Shown piece after piece: positions 50,970 to 60,790 of a DNA stretch of 64,000 nucleotides (positions within the stretch are counted from its first letter, which is position 1; every line of letters begins with the position of its first letter). Source of the stretch: an uncultured archaeon (GTDB lineage Archaea > Thermoproteota > Nitrososphaeria > Nitrososphaerales > Gagatemarchaeaceae); NCBI GenBank assembly GCA_963799775.1, contig CAWCYD010000003.1:224001-288000 (forward strand). Direction: 5' to 3'. The notes below the pieces were generated by a model. That model had not been told where the DNA came from. It saw nothing but the letters and a program-made list of their open reading frames with translations, and made no database searches. The position numbers were made by a program, and so were the translations under genes.

Positions 50970-51507
50970 GGGCAATTACTCGTCGCACTTTCCAGGGGCG
51001 AGTCAGACTGCGAACAGTTCGTCTCTTTCCGGTAAGGCAAGTGCCTCGGGTCAAACGATCTTGCCGATTGAAGGGCTCACCAACGACCAGTCTACCTGGA
51101 CAAATCCCGTTCTTGCCACTAAAGACGACGAAATCGTTCTCTATAGGGAGTACGTGCCCGCCATGTGTACTGCATTCGTCTATCAGAGAGAAGGTGGCAG
51201 GATGGAGGTCTACTTTTCTGATATCAAAGGATATCACTCTTTTGTTGCGGATAATGTATTGCCCGACGGACGGCTCGTTGAGAACAAATCGGGACTCGTT
51301 CCTATCGAGGCAAGACGTCAATTTTGGAACTACGTGATGCATATTCAGGAAACCGGAGGCTCGCTCGACCTCAATTTCTTCCGCAGTCCACTCACTGGCA
51401 AGGTGGGACCGACCGCGCCGTTCGCTTCAATCTTAAACGAGGCATCAAGAAGATACAAGATAGACATTCACTTCTTTGACTACGATTGGTGGGAGGAGCT
51501 TCTGTAA
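50962..51507 (+). CDS. putative toxin with a (M)GRG N-terminus and a C-terminal restriction endonuclease-fold domain
   Basis: GAGGAGG 9 nt before CTG; Ser/Gly-rich N-terminus; VADNVLPDGRLVENKSG...RRQFWNY (D..ExK..QxxxY). Confidence 0.6.
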   Translation: MGRGNYSSHFPGASQTANSSSLSGKASASGQTILPIEGLTNDQSTWTNPVLATKDDEIVLYREYVPAMCTAFVYQREGGRMEVYFSDIKGYHSFVADNVLPDGRLVENKSGLVPIEARRQFWNYVMHIQETGGSLDLNFFRSPLTGKVGPTAPFASILNEASRRYKIDIHFFDYDWWEELL

Positions 51508-51508
51508 C

Positions 51509-51859
51509 ATGTCAGAATACAAGGCCATGGAAGCATTGTCTTGGCTCGCGAAGAACAAGAATCCGCATGCGTTTGCGGGGAATCGCTTCCAAACAACCGC
51601 TGACACGATTGGAGCCGTCAAGCGACTCTACTCGGCCGGCGCTACGCGCGTCTCCATTGGACCTCCGTTGGAAGAGCCCGAAAGACTTCGAGAGGACGGC
51701 GGGCCTTATGCGGACGTCTTGGAAATTGCGTTTCCAAAAGACAAGATCAGCCAAATAATGTCCGTAGTCAGGACTCTGGCTCCCGATGAGGGAGGAGAAT
51801 TGAAAGACGTTCTCAAGATTGACTACATGCACCGCAGAATGATATTATGGTGGGATTGA
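51509..51859 (+). CDS. putative immunity protein
   Basis: 116 aa, 1 nt after the toxin stop with a GGAGGAG RBS; EAL.WL..N.N...A.NRF...LY.AGA...GG.YAD...LWWD. Confidence 0.55.
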   Translation: MSEYKAMEALSWLAKNKNPHAFAGNRFQTTADTIGAVKRLYSAGATRVSIGPPLEEPERLREDGGPYADVLEIAFPKDKISQIMSVVRTLAPDEGGELKDVLKIDYMHRRMILWWD

Positions 51860-51910
51860 GAGTTCGCGGTCCGCCAAGGCCGTAAATAATGCCGAAGCAA
51901 GAGGCACTCC

Positions 51911-52132
51911 GTGAGAAGAGCTACCTTAGGTTTAGTCACAGTCGCTTGTATCGGCGCCTTCTACGTGTTCTTCCTCTTCGTTCCGATTTTCCAGGGAATC
52001 GCGGGTGACTGTATCTTTACGCCCGGTGAGCAGCAATCCCAATCCCTTTCATTTCCTCTGATTGGGATAGGAATGACGATTGCCGGAGGACACCTTTCTT
52101 GGCGATCCAGTCCAATGCCTTCCTGCTGGTGA
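51911..52132 (+). CDS. small membrane protein
   Basis: 73 aa with an N-terminal TM; TAAATAA promoter-like upstream. Confidence 0.5.
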   Translation: MRRATLGLVTVACIGAFYVFFLFVPIFQGIAGDCIFTPGEQQSQSLSFPLIGIGMTIAGGHLSWRSSPMPSCW

Positions 52133-52258
52133 CCCTCGCGACACGTCAATCGTCGTTGGAAATGCTCAGAAATCACCCGTAGATTGGACAGAGCCCTTGG
52201 TCGAGGTGCAATCCTTATAAGACAATCGTCGAAGGCCTGCCGAATCGCGTGAAATAGG

Positions 52259-52570
52259 TTGGCAAGATTTCTGGCCTTCGTGGACATCTTTGTGGACTCC
52301 CCCTTAATGGACGACGTAGTGCAGGCGCTGATCAAGCTCGAGAACCTCGAAGAGCTATACGAGGTCACCGGCGAGTTCGACGTCGTCACGCTCCTGTCCG
52401 CGAAAGACATCGAAGAATTCCGAGACGTCCTGAAGAACAAGATCATGAAGATCAAGGGAGTCAAGAGCACGGTGAGCTCGGTGGTGCTAAAGGCCTACAA
52501 GGGCCCCAGGTGCATTGCTGAACCGCCTACCGCCAACGAGCCACTGAAGGCAAAACCCGTTCGTCAATAG
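52259..52570 (+). CDS. stand-alone Lrp/AsnC ligand-binding domain protein
   Basis: LYEVTGEFDVV...IKGVKSTVS; no HTH. Confidence 0.88.
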   Translation: MARFLAFVDIFVDSPLMDDVVQALIKLENLEELYEVTGEFDVVTLLSAKDIEEFRDVLKNKIMKIKGVKSTVSSVVLKAYKGPRCIAEPPTANEPLKAKPVRQ

Positions 52571-52617
52571 GCGAGGCTGCAGCAGTCTCGCCAGCAGAGG
52601 AGGAAAGTGCAAAGTGA

Positions 52618-54275
52618 ATGATAGACATATCTCAACTAATCTCAGTAATCCTGATTCTCGGGGGCACGATGGCCGTAGCGTGGCTCATCGCCTCCTACAT
52701 CACAAGGATCTACACGAGGGCACCTAGTCGCCTCGACAGGTTCCTCGCGCCTATCGAGAACTCGATCTACAAGCTCCTGGGTGTCGATCCCTCGCACGGG
52801 ATGTCTTGGAAGGAATACTTCCTAGCAGGACTGATCGTCAACATCGCCCAGATGGCGATAGCGTTCGGCATCCTCATGCTGCAGGGGAGCCTTCCGCTGA
52901 ACCCGATGGGGTTCAAGGGGATCAACTGGGACCTCGCCGTCAACACCGTGATTTCTTTCGCGACCAACACCAACCTGCAGCACTACAACGGTGAGACGAC
53001 GCTCTCGTACTTCAGCCAGATGGGCGCAATCCAGTTCCTCCAGTTCACATCGGCCGCCACTGGCATCTGCATGGGGGTGGCAATGGTCCGAGGGTTGATC
53101 GTCGGGTCGAAGGACATGGGTAACTTCTACGTAGATTTCACCAGGTCGCTCACGAGACTGCTCCTTCCGTTCTGTTTCATCGCCGCCCTGATCCTAGTCT
53201 GGATGGGCGTGCCTCAGACCATCGGAGGCTACCTCCCCATAACGACGGTGCAAGGTGCCACGGGCTCGGTCCTCGTGGGTCGCCTGTGGCCTCGCTCGTC
53301 TCGATCATGCAGCTGGGCACAAACGGCGGCGGATACTACGGAGCAAACTCCGCTCATCCGTTCATGAATCCGAGTCCTTCCTCCGACGTGCTCGAGATCT
53401 GCCTCATGCTCTTGTTGCCGACAGCCCTTGTCTTCGTCTTTGGCGAGCTTCTGGGCAAGAAGAGGGAGTCAAGACCTGTGCTCATCGGCGCCTATGCGCT
53501 CTTCGTCATAGATCTGGCGATCGCGTTCATCCCGACCATCCCGCAGGTAGCGGCTGGGATAGAGACGAGGATCGGGGGATTCTTCTCCGCCTTTTGGACC
53601 GTCGTGACCACTGCTGTGACGACGGGGTCCGTAAACACGTCGCTGTCGGCGATGCACCCTCTCGTGATACTTGGGGGCTTCATGGGGATGCTGATCCAAG
53701 CCACGCCCGGAGGGAAGGGTGTCGGATTGGCATACATGGTCATGTACATCGTGATAACCGTCTTCATCGTGGGACTCATGTCCGGGAGGACTCCTGAGTA
53801 TCTCGGGATCAAGATCAACTCACGCGACGTGAAGATAGTCCTGGTGGCCTTCCTGATTCATCCCATAGTCATCCTTGTCCCGACCATACTCGCATACGCC
53901 ACCGGAGCCGCTCAGGCAATTGGGGTATCTGGCAATTCGCTTGGATTCACCCAGATTCTCTGGGAGTACACTTCAGCCGCAGCAAACAACGGGTCTGATT
54001 TCCTAGGAGCGTCTGCGAATACCGTCTTCTTCAACATCACCACCGGGGCTGTGATCTTCATAGGACGATACGCTCCAATAGGATTGATGCTGGCCCTCGC
54101 TGGTTCGGTAATCGGAAGGAAGAGGAGCTCTGACGCCGGCGGCCTCAGGACTGACAGCTTCACCTTCTCGGCCGTGCTAATCGGGAGCATACTGATCCTC
54201 GTGGTGCTGACCTTCCTCCCGTTCCTGGCGCTCGGGCCTATTCTTTCCTACTTCCAGGGGAATGGGTATGCATAG
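52618..54275 (+). CDS. kdpA: K+-transporting ATPase subunit A (frameshift near 53282)
   Basis: SFATNTNLQHY, QLGTNGGG..GANSAHPF, GRTPEYLG, SAAANNGS. Confidence 0.95.
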
Positions 54276-56424
54276 CGAGGGCGACGCTTCTCAAGACGGC
54301 AGGATGCACGAGGCGATGCTACGCGGCAGAAAGATGTCAGTGATCTCTGGCAGAGTCCTCGCCGACTCCATTGTTCGCCTGAACCCGACAAAGCTGGTAT
54401 CCAACCCGGTCATGCTGATCGTGGAGCTGACGTTCTTCATCGTGGCCGCGATGGCGGTCTATCCGCAGGGCTTTGCTCCGGTTGCAAGTGTGAGCGAGAG
54501 GACATTCTATGTTGAGATCGCCGCGATTCTGCTGATCACGGTCTGGTTCAGCACGTTGTCGGATTCCTTGGCAGAGCAGCAGGCCAAGAACACTGCGAGC
54601 AGCCTGCGCAAGCTCGAGAGCGAGGTCCCGAGCAAGAAGATAATGACCCAGGGCTGGACAAGGACAATCGTCCAGGCATCCTCGAAAGAGCTGCGGAAGG
54701 GAGACTTGGTGCTCCTCGAGAAAGGCGACGTCGTCCCGCTCGACTCCGACGTGTTGGAGGGAATCGCCATGGTCGATGAGTCGCTGATGACCGGAGAATC
54801 TGCGCCTGTAAAGAAGGCCCCCGGCGACGTCCTCATCGGAGGCTCCAGGGTCGTGAGCGACACCCTCACCGTGAGGATCAACGCAAACCCGGGAGAGACC
54901 TACGTTGACCAGATGATACAGATGGTGGAGTCGTCGAAGAGGCCCAAGACTCCCAACGAGCAAGCCGTGACGATGGTCCTCATCGGCCTGACCGCGATCT
55001 TCACGATAATCATCGGCTCGCTGCTCGGGCTGTCGATAACGCTCAACCTCGGCGCGGACCTCTCCGTACTGATAGCCCTCTACGTCTGTCTCCTCCCAAC
55101 GACGATAGGGGCGCTGCTGCCGGCGATCGGACTGTCAGGGATATCCAGGCTCTACGCGAGGAAGATAGTGGCGAAGTCTGGGAAGGCGATCGAGACGGCC
55201 GGCGACGCCGACGTCATCCTTTTGGACAAGACCGGGACCATCACAGTGGGGAACAGGCGCGCGATAGAGTTCACCCCCCTCAACGGCCACACGGAGAAGG
55301 AGGTCGGGGAGGCCGCGTTCCTGTCGTCCTGGTCCGACGACACCCCCGAAGGGAGGAGCATTATCAACCTGGCCTACGACAAGGGTTTCGTCCCTCGCGA
55401 ACTCAATTCCTTGGCGCTCTCCGAGGTCCGCGAGTTCTCCGCTAGCACGCGGACGAGCGGAGTGAAGATAATGAGAGGCCTCGGGTTCGTCCCTGCCAAG
55501 GCCGACAAGTCAGGAGAGGCGCGAATGAGGTTCAGCAGGAAGTACGCCGAAGAGAACGGGTCTTCGGAGATCGAGATAACGAAGGGCGCTCCGGACTCGA
55601 TAAAGGAGATTCTAGGCTCGGTCTCGCCCGAATATGAGACGATCGTAACCCGGATCTCTTCAGCCGGAGAGACCCCGATGGCGGTCATGAGGAACGGGGA
55701 GCCGTTGGGGATAATCCGGCTGAAGGACGTCATGAAGGAGGGGATTAAGGAGAAGATTCAGGGAATTAGGACGCTCGGCATCCGTCCCGTCATGATCACG
55801 GGTGACCAGCCCCTCACCGCGAAGTCGATCGCGGAGGAGGTCGGCATAACGGAGTACGTGCCAAGGACTAAGCCCGAAGACAAGTTCGGGATAGTCAAGA
55901 AGGAGCAAGCCCAGGGGAGGATAGTCGCGATGATAGGCGACGGGACCAACGACGCCCCAGCCCTCGCGATGGCCGACGTCGGCCTGGCCATGAACGCTGG
56001 GACCGAGGCCGCGAAGGAGGCTGCGAACATGGTGGACCTTGAGTCGAACCCCGCCAAGATCATCGACGTCGTGCTCCTAGGGAAACAGCTCCTGATGACG
56101 AGAGGCGCTGTCACAGCATTCAGCATCGCGAACGACGTCGCAAAGTATTTCGCGATAATGCCGGTGCTCTTCGCCGCGACCATCCCGCAGCTCGAGGCGC
56201 TCAACATCCTGGGGCTGGGCCTCCACACGGCCGTGCTCTCCGCGTTGATCTTCAACGCAATCATCATCCCGCTGCTCATCCCGCTCGCCATGCGAGGGGT
56301 CTCGTTCAAGCCCGCCGACACGATGACGATATTCCTGAGGAACGTCCTGATCTACGGAATCGGCGGCGTAATCGTCCCCTTCGTCGGGATTAAGCTGATC
56401 GACGTCCTGATATCGGCCTTGTAG
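54262..56424 (+). CDS. kdpB: K+-transporting ATPase subunit B
   Basis: TGESAPV, CLLPTTIG, DKTGT, GDGTNDAPAL. Confidence 0.97.
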   Translation: MGMHSEGDASQDGRMHEAMLRGRKMSVISGRVLADSIVRLNPTKLVSNPVMLIVELTFFIVAAMAVYPQGFAPVASVSERTFYVEIAAILLITVWFSTLSDSLAEQQAKNTASSLRKLESEVPSKKIMTQGWTRTIVQASSKELRKGDLVLLEKGDVVPLDSDVLEGIAMVDESLMTGESAPVKKAPGDVLIGGSRVVSDTLTVRINANPGETYVDQMIQMVESSKRPKTPNEQAVTMVLIGLTAIFTIIIGSLLGLSITLNLGADLSVLIALYVCLLPTTIGALLPAIGLSGISRLYARKIVAKSGKAIETAGDADVILLDKTGTITVGNRRAIEFTPLNGHTEKEVGEAAFLSSWSDDTPEGRSIINLAYDKGFVPRELNSLALSEVREFSASTRTSGVKIMRGLGFVPAKADKSGEARMRFSRKYAEENGSSEIEITKGAPDSIKEILGSVSPEYETIVTRISSAGETPMAVMRNGEPLGIIRLKDVMKEGIKEKIQGIRTLGIRPVMITGDQPLTAKSIAEEVGITEYVPRTKPEDKFGIVKKEQAQGRIVAMIGDGTNDAPALAMADVGLAMNAGTEAAKEAANMVDLESNPAKIIDVVLLGKQLLMTRGAVTAFSIANDVAKYFAIMPVLFAATIPQLEALNILGLGLHTAVLSALIFNAIIIPLLIPLAMRGVSFKPADTMTIFLRNVLIYGIGGVIVPFVGIKLIDVLISAL

Positions 56425-56432
56425 GCGAGAGC

Positions 56433-56903
56433 ATGGAAGAGCCAAACAAGACCAAGAAGAGCTCCAATCACGCAAGGCCGATCATAGGGATCGCGATAGT
56501 CTCCCTGCTGATCTGCGGATTGTTCTTTCCGCTCCTCATCACCGCGGTCGCGCAACTGGCGTTCCCGTACCAGGCGAACGGGGAGATCGCGTATCTCCAC
56601 GGGCAGCCGGTAGGATCGGTGGTCGCGGTGAACTCGACGGACTACTCTGCGCCCGTCTTCTTCCACCTCAGGAACGACTCGGCATCGGGATTCGATCCTG
56701 ACATCACGATACAGGATGCCCAGGCACAGATCCCAGGCATAAGTAGCGCCACAGGGATCCCAACGTCATCTATCCAGACGATAGTGAGCCAGAACACGGA
56801 AGGCGTCTGGTGGATCTTCGGGAGCCCATACGCCAACGTGCAGAAGATGAACCTGGCCTTGATAGCGCAGTTCCCGTCTGTCTACGCGAACTACACGGCC
56901 TAG
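56433..56903 (+). CDS. kdpC: K+-transporting ATPase subunit C (short form)
   Basis: QLAFPYQANG, SASGFDPDI, NVQKMNLAL. Confidence 0.9.
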   Translation: MEEPNKTKKSSNHARPIIGIAIVSLLICGLFFPLLITAVAQLAFPYQANGEIAYLHGQPVGSVVAVNSTDYSAPVFFHLRNDSASGFDPDITIQDAQAQIPGISSATGIPTSSIQTIVSQNTEGVWWIFGSPYANVQKMNLALIAQFPSVYANYTA

Positions 56904-57211
56904 TGTTGGACCTTACGCTTCTTTCTCTTCTCTTCTTCGGCCTTTAGCTTCTTGGCCTTCATCTCGGCCTTCTTCTTATCGAAGGCGCCGAGGGGCGCGT
57001 CGCTCTCGACCCACCCGTGCGCTATCGTTATGATGTTTTTCACGAGCCTCTTCGTCTCAGGGTCGTTCTTCGAGAGGACCACCTTCAGGTTCCTCCTGTC
57101 GAGGACGGCGAACTCGGGGGGCTTTTCCATCTTCTTGATCTCGTCCACAGCGCGTTCCAGAGCATACTCGTTGCCGAAGAGCCCCCGTACCTCCCAATCC
57201 CCGCCAGCCAT
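56900..57211 (-). CDS. hypothetical protein with a Lys-rich tail
   Basis: ATG 57211 with GGAGG RBS and a TATA-like element upstream. Confidence 0.65.
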   Translation of the reverse strand: MAGGDWEVRGLFGNEYALERAVDEIKKMEKPPEFAVLDRRNLKVVLSKNDPETKRLVKNIITIAHGWVESDAPLGAFDKKKAEMKAKKLKAEEEKRKKRKVQH

Positions 57212-57327
57212 GTCCGACCTCCGGCTAGTGGAGTGGATAAAAGTGTTAGAGGGAGAGGCGCGAACCAGCTCGGTCCCTAAACTCCGACTCACGCGTTAAA
57301 TACTCCCGGTCAGGCTCGGGATTTTTG

Positions 57328-60051
57328 ATGCCGAACGCGGAGAGGTCGTTCGATTTCGCACTCGACAGGATCGAGACCCGTAAAGGGAAGGCGGACTTCT
57401 GCAACCTTCGGAAGGTCTCCGAGCGCGGACACGAGATAAGCCGTCTCCCGTACTCGATCAAGATACTTCTCGAGAACGCGATCCGCCACTCAAAATCCGT
57501 CGAGGGGGCGTCGGAGGCGGCGAACAGGCTCCTCGAATGGCCGCGGAGCGTCGGCTCTGAGTTCCCTTTCATGCCCTACCGGGTCCCTCTTGCAGGACTA
57601 CACGGGCGTGCCTCTCATAGTCGACCTGGCCGCGATGCGGGACGCGATGGCGAGCAGAGGAAATGGACCCGACCAAGATCAACTCGATAGCCCCGATCGA
57701 CCTTGTGATCGACCACTCCGTCCAGGTCGACAGCTGGGGAAACTCTATCTCCTTCGAGTACAACATCGAGAAGGAGTACGAGAGGAACTCGGAGAGGTAC
57801 GCCTTGCTAAGGTGGGCGCAAGACTCCTTCAAGAACATGAGAGTCTTCCCTCCCGGTAAAGGTATCTGTCATCAGGTCAACCTCGAGTTTCTCTCGACGG
57901 TGGTCGCGGTCGGCGAGAGGGAGGGGAGGCGCTTCGTCTGCCCCGACAGCGTCGTCGGGACCGACTCCCACACGCCGATGGTCAATGGCGTTGGGGTTCT
58001 CGGATGGGGGGTCGGCGGGTTGGAGGCTGAGGCTGCCATGCTCGGCGAACCATGCCACATACCAATCCCTAGGGTCGTCGGAGTCAAGCTCAAGGGCGAG
58101 CTGCAAGAAGGGGCGACGACGACCGACCTCGTGCTCTTCATCACGGAGCTCTTGAGACGCAAGAACGTCGTCGACGCCTTCGTCGAGTACTTCGGCGAGG
58201 GGTACCTCAAGCTGTCTGTCCCAGACCGGGCCACGCTGGGTAACATGTCGCCCGAGTATGGCGCCACGGTTGGGTTCTCCCCTGTCGACGATGCTACGCT
58301 CAGGTATCTCAACGACACCGGAAGGGACGAAGCTCAGATCAGGCTGGTCGAGGAATACTGTCGGCTCCAAGGCCTCTTTCTCACTCCTGAATCACCCGAT
58401 CCGCACTACTCGGAGGTGCTCGAGGTCGACATGTCCAAGATCGTCCCATCAGTCGCTGGCCCGAGGAACCCGGAGGAATGGCACTCGCTCAAGGACATGC
58501 CCAAGGTCGGTCGCTCCTTGATCGGCGAGCAGTCGCGGTCTAGGACGACGGTAGCGCAAGCCGGCTCGGTCCAGAGCGGGACCGTGCAGCTGGAGGAGAC
58601 TATGGCTCTCCCAAAGCAGGGCCCTGGCCAGAGCGCCGAAGGGCTGGACGACGGCTCGGTGATAATCGCCGCCATAACTAGCTGCACGAACACATCGAAC
58701 CCGACCGTGATGATAGGCGCGGGCCTCCTCGCCAGGAACGCGGTAGCGAAGGGTCTGGCGCCAAAGCCATACGTGAAATGCAGCCTCGCCCCCGGTTCCA
58801 CCGTCGTCAAGGACTACCTGGACGGGTCGGGCCTCCTGAGACCCCTGGACGAGCTAGGATTCTATCTCGTCGGCTACGGGTGCACGACGTGCATAGGCAA
58901 CAGCGGCCCTCTCTCCCCTGCGGTGGAGGAGGCGATAACAAAGAATGAACCTCTACACGGTGGCGGTCCTGAGCGGGAACAGGAACTTCGACGGCAGGAT
59001 CAACAGGCTCGCAAGAGGCGCCTTTCTGATGTCCCCGATGCTGGTGGTCGCCTACGCCATCGCGGGGAACGTGCAGTTCGACTTTGACAGGCCTCTCGGC
59101 GTCTCGAAGGTAGATGGCACGCCAGTTTACTTGCGAGACATCTGGCCGAGAATGAAGGAGATCAAGCAGGTCGCCGAAAGGTCGCTGAACCGCGGTCTCT
59201 ACGAGAAGCGATACGCAGAGGCACTCGTCGGCGACGATAGCTGGAACCAACTCGTCTCAAAGCCCAGCGAGACGTTCCCCTGGGACGAAACGTCAACCTA
59301 TGTCAGGAGCCCTCCTTGGTTCAAGGAAGGAAGCACCTCCGCCCCTCGAGACATCAAGGGCGCACGCGCTCTCGCGCTCTTCGAGGACAAGATAACCACC
59401 GACCACATCTCGCCTGCGGGGGCGATCCCGGCTGACAGCCCCGCGGGCAAGTTCCTGATGGAGCACGGCGTCGAGATGATCAACTTCAGCACATACGGGA
59501 GCAGGAGAGGAGACCACGAGGTGATGGTCAGGGGGACGTTCAGCAACACTCGCCTCGAGAATCTTCTTGCCGAAGGCAAGGTCGGCGGGTTCACGAAACA
59601 CTTCCCCACAGGGGAGATCATCCCCATCTTCGAAGCGTCCGAGAGATACGCTCAGCAGGGCGCGCCTCTTCTGGTGATCGCTGGCAAGCAGTACGGGGGC
59701 GGCAGCTCCCGTGATTGGGCAGCCAAAGGCCCGAAGCTCCTAGGAGTGAAGGCCGTCATCGCAGAAAGCTTCGAGAGGATCCACCGGAGCAACCTGGTCG
59801 CCATGGGGGTGCTCCCGCTGGAGTTCCTTCCGGGCGACGGGGCCAAGAAGCTCGGCCTGAACGGCGACGAGACCTACACTATACGAGGGATAGAAGGGCT
59901 CAAGCCCGGGGCATTGCTGGAGGTCATGGCCGCTTCGAAGGAGAAGGAAACGAGGTTCAAGGTGAAGGCCAGGATCGACAACCCGACCGAGCTAGGATAT
60001 TTTGAGGTGGGAGGGGTCTTGCAGTACACACTCAATCGGCTCTCCCGCTAG
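57328..60051 (+). CDS. acnA: aconitate hydratase A (frameshifts)
   Basis: LPYSIKILLEN, QDYTGVP, DHSVQ, GTDSHT, TSCTNTSN, GCTTCIGN, TTDHISP, GSSRDWAAKG. Confidence 0.95.
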
Positions 60052-60071
60052 AGGCGCCGTCTTCCTGGGCT

Positions 60072-60296
60072 TCACTTGGTCCTCGTCCCGCGGGCCAGCC
60101 ACAGCAGGCCGAACGCGGCGAGACCGAGCATCCCGATTATGCCCGTGACCGCGATCATCCCAGTCGAAACCACGAACGTCCCGGACGGCGTCGCTAGCGC
60201 CTGGAGCGCCGTCATCCCGATCGCCGCGACCGAGAAAACAAGTGCGACCCCAGCAGCGAGTATCATCGCCTTCTCGATGCCATTCATTCTGGCCAT
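60072..60296 (-). CDS. small two-TM membrane protein
   Basis: Hydrophobic 74-aa ORF. Confidence 0.5.
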   Translation of the reverse strand: MARMNGIEKAMILAAGVALVFSVAAIGMTALQALATPSGTFVVSTGMIAVTGIIGMLGLAAFGLLWLARGTRTK

Positions 60297-60499
60297 TCCC
60301 TAGGGTTCCGGGTCTTTTCAAGGGCCGGATAAGAATTCTGGCCTCGACCCTCGTTATGGACCTGAAAGATGTCGATTTCCTCCCCAGATTTGACCCTGAA
60401 ATTCTTAAATAACTCCCGCAAGCGGTCTTTTTTTGGGTCCTTTAGAGTGTATTCTAGACCTATGCTAGGGTCAATTATGAATGGAGGAAGAGCCGTATA

Positions 60500-60784
60500 A
60501 TGCCGACTAAGGCAAAGACGACAAGAGCGAAGAAGACAGAGGAGGAACTGCCTTTCAAGATCACCGACCATCTGCTCGTGCCAAAGCACGAGCTCATGCC
60601 CCCTGAGGAGGTCTCAGGGATTCTGAAGAGGTTCAACGCGTCTCCGCACGAGTTCCCGTTCGTCCTCTCGACGGATCCTGCAGCGAAATCGATCGGAGCG
60701 AAGCCAGGGGATTTCGTCAAGGTCACGAGAGCATCAGAGACCGCAGGCGAGACGGTCTACTACAGGTACGTGGTGGAGACATAG
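60500..60784 (+). CDS. rpo5: RNA polymerase subunit Rpo5 (H)
   Basis: HLLVPKHE, DPAA...AKPGD.VKVTR.SETAG...YYRYV. Confidence 0.97.
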   Translation: MPTKAKTTRAKKTEEELPFKITDHLLVPKHELMPPEEVSGILKRFNASPHEFPFVLSTDPAAKSIGAKPGDFVKVTRASETAGETVYYRYVVET

Positions 60785-60790
60785 AGAGCA

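Larger units (their letters stand above)
48068..52232. mobile_element. candidate ~4.2 kb island bounded by 15-bp direct repeats TAAGACAATCGTCGA
   Basis: Exact copies at 48068-48082 and 52218-52232; interior visibly more AT-rich. Confidence 0.45.
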
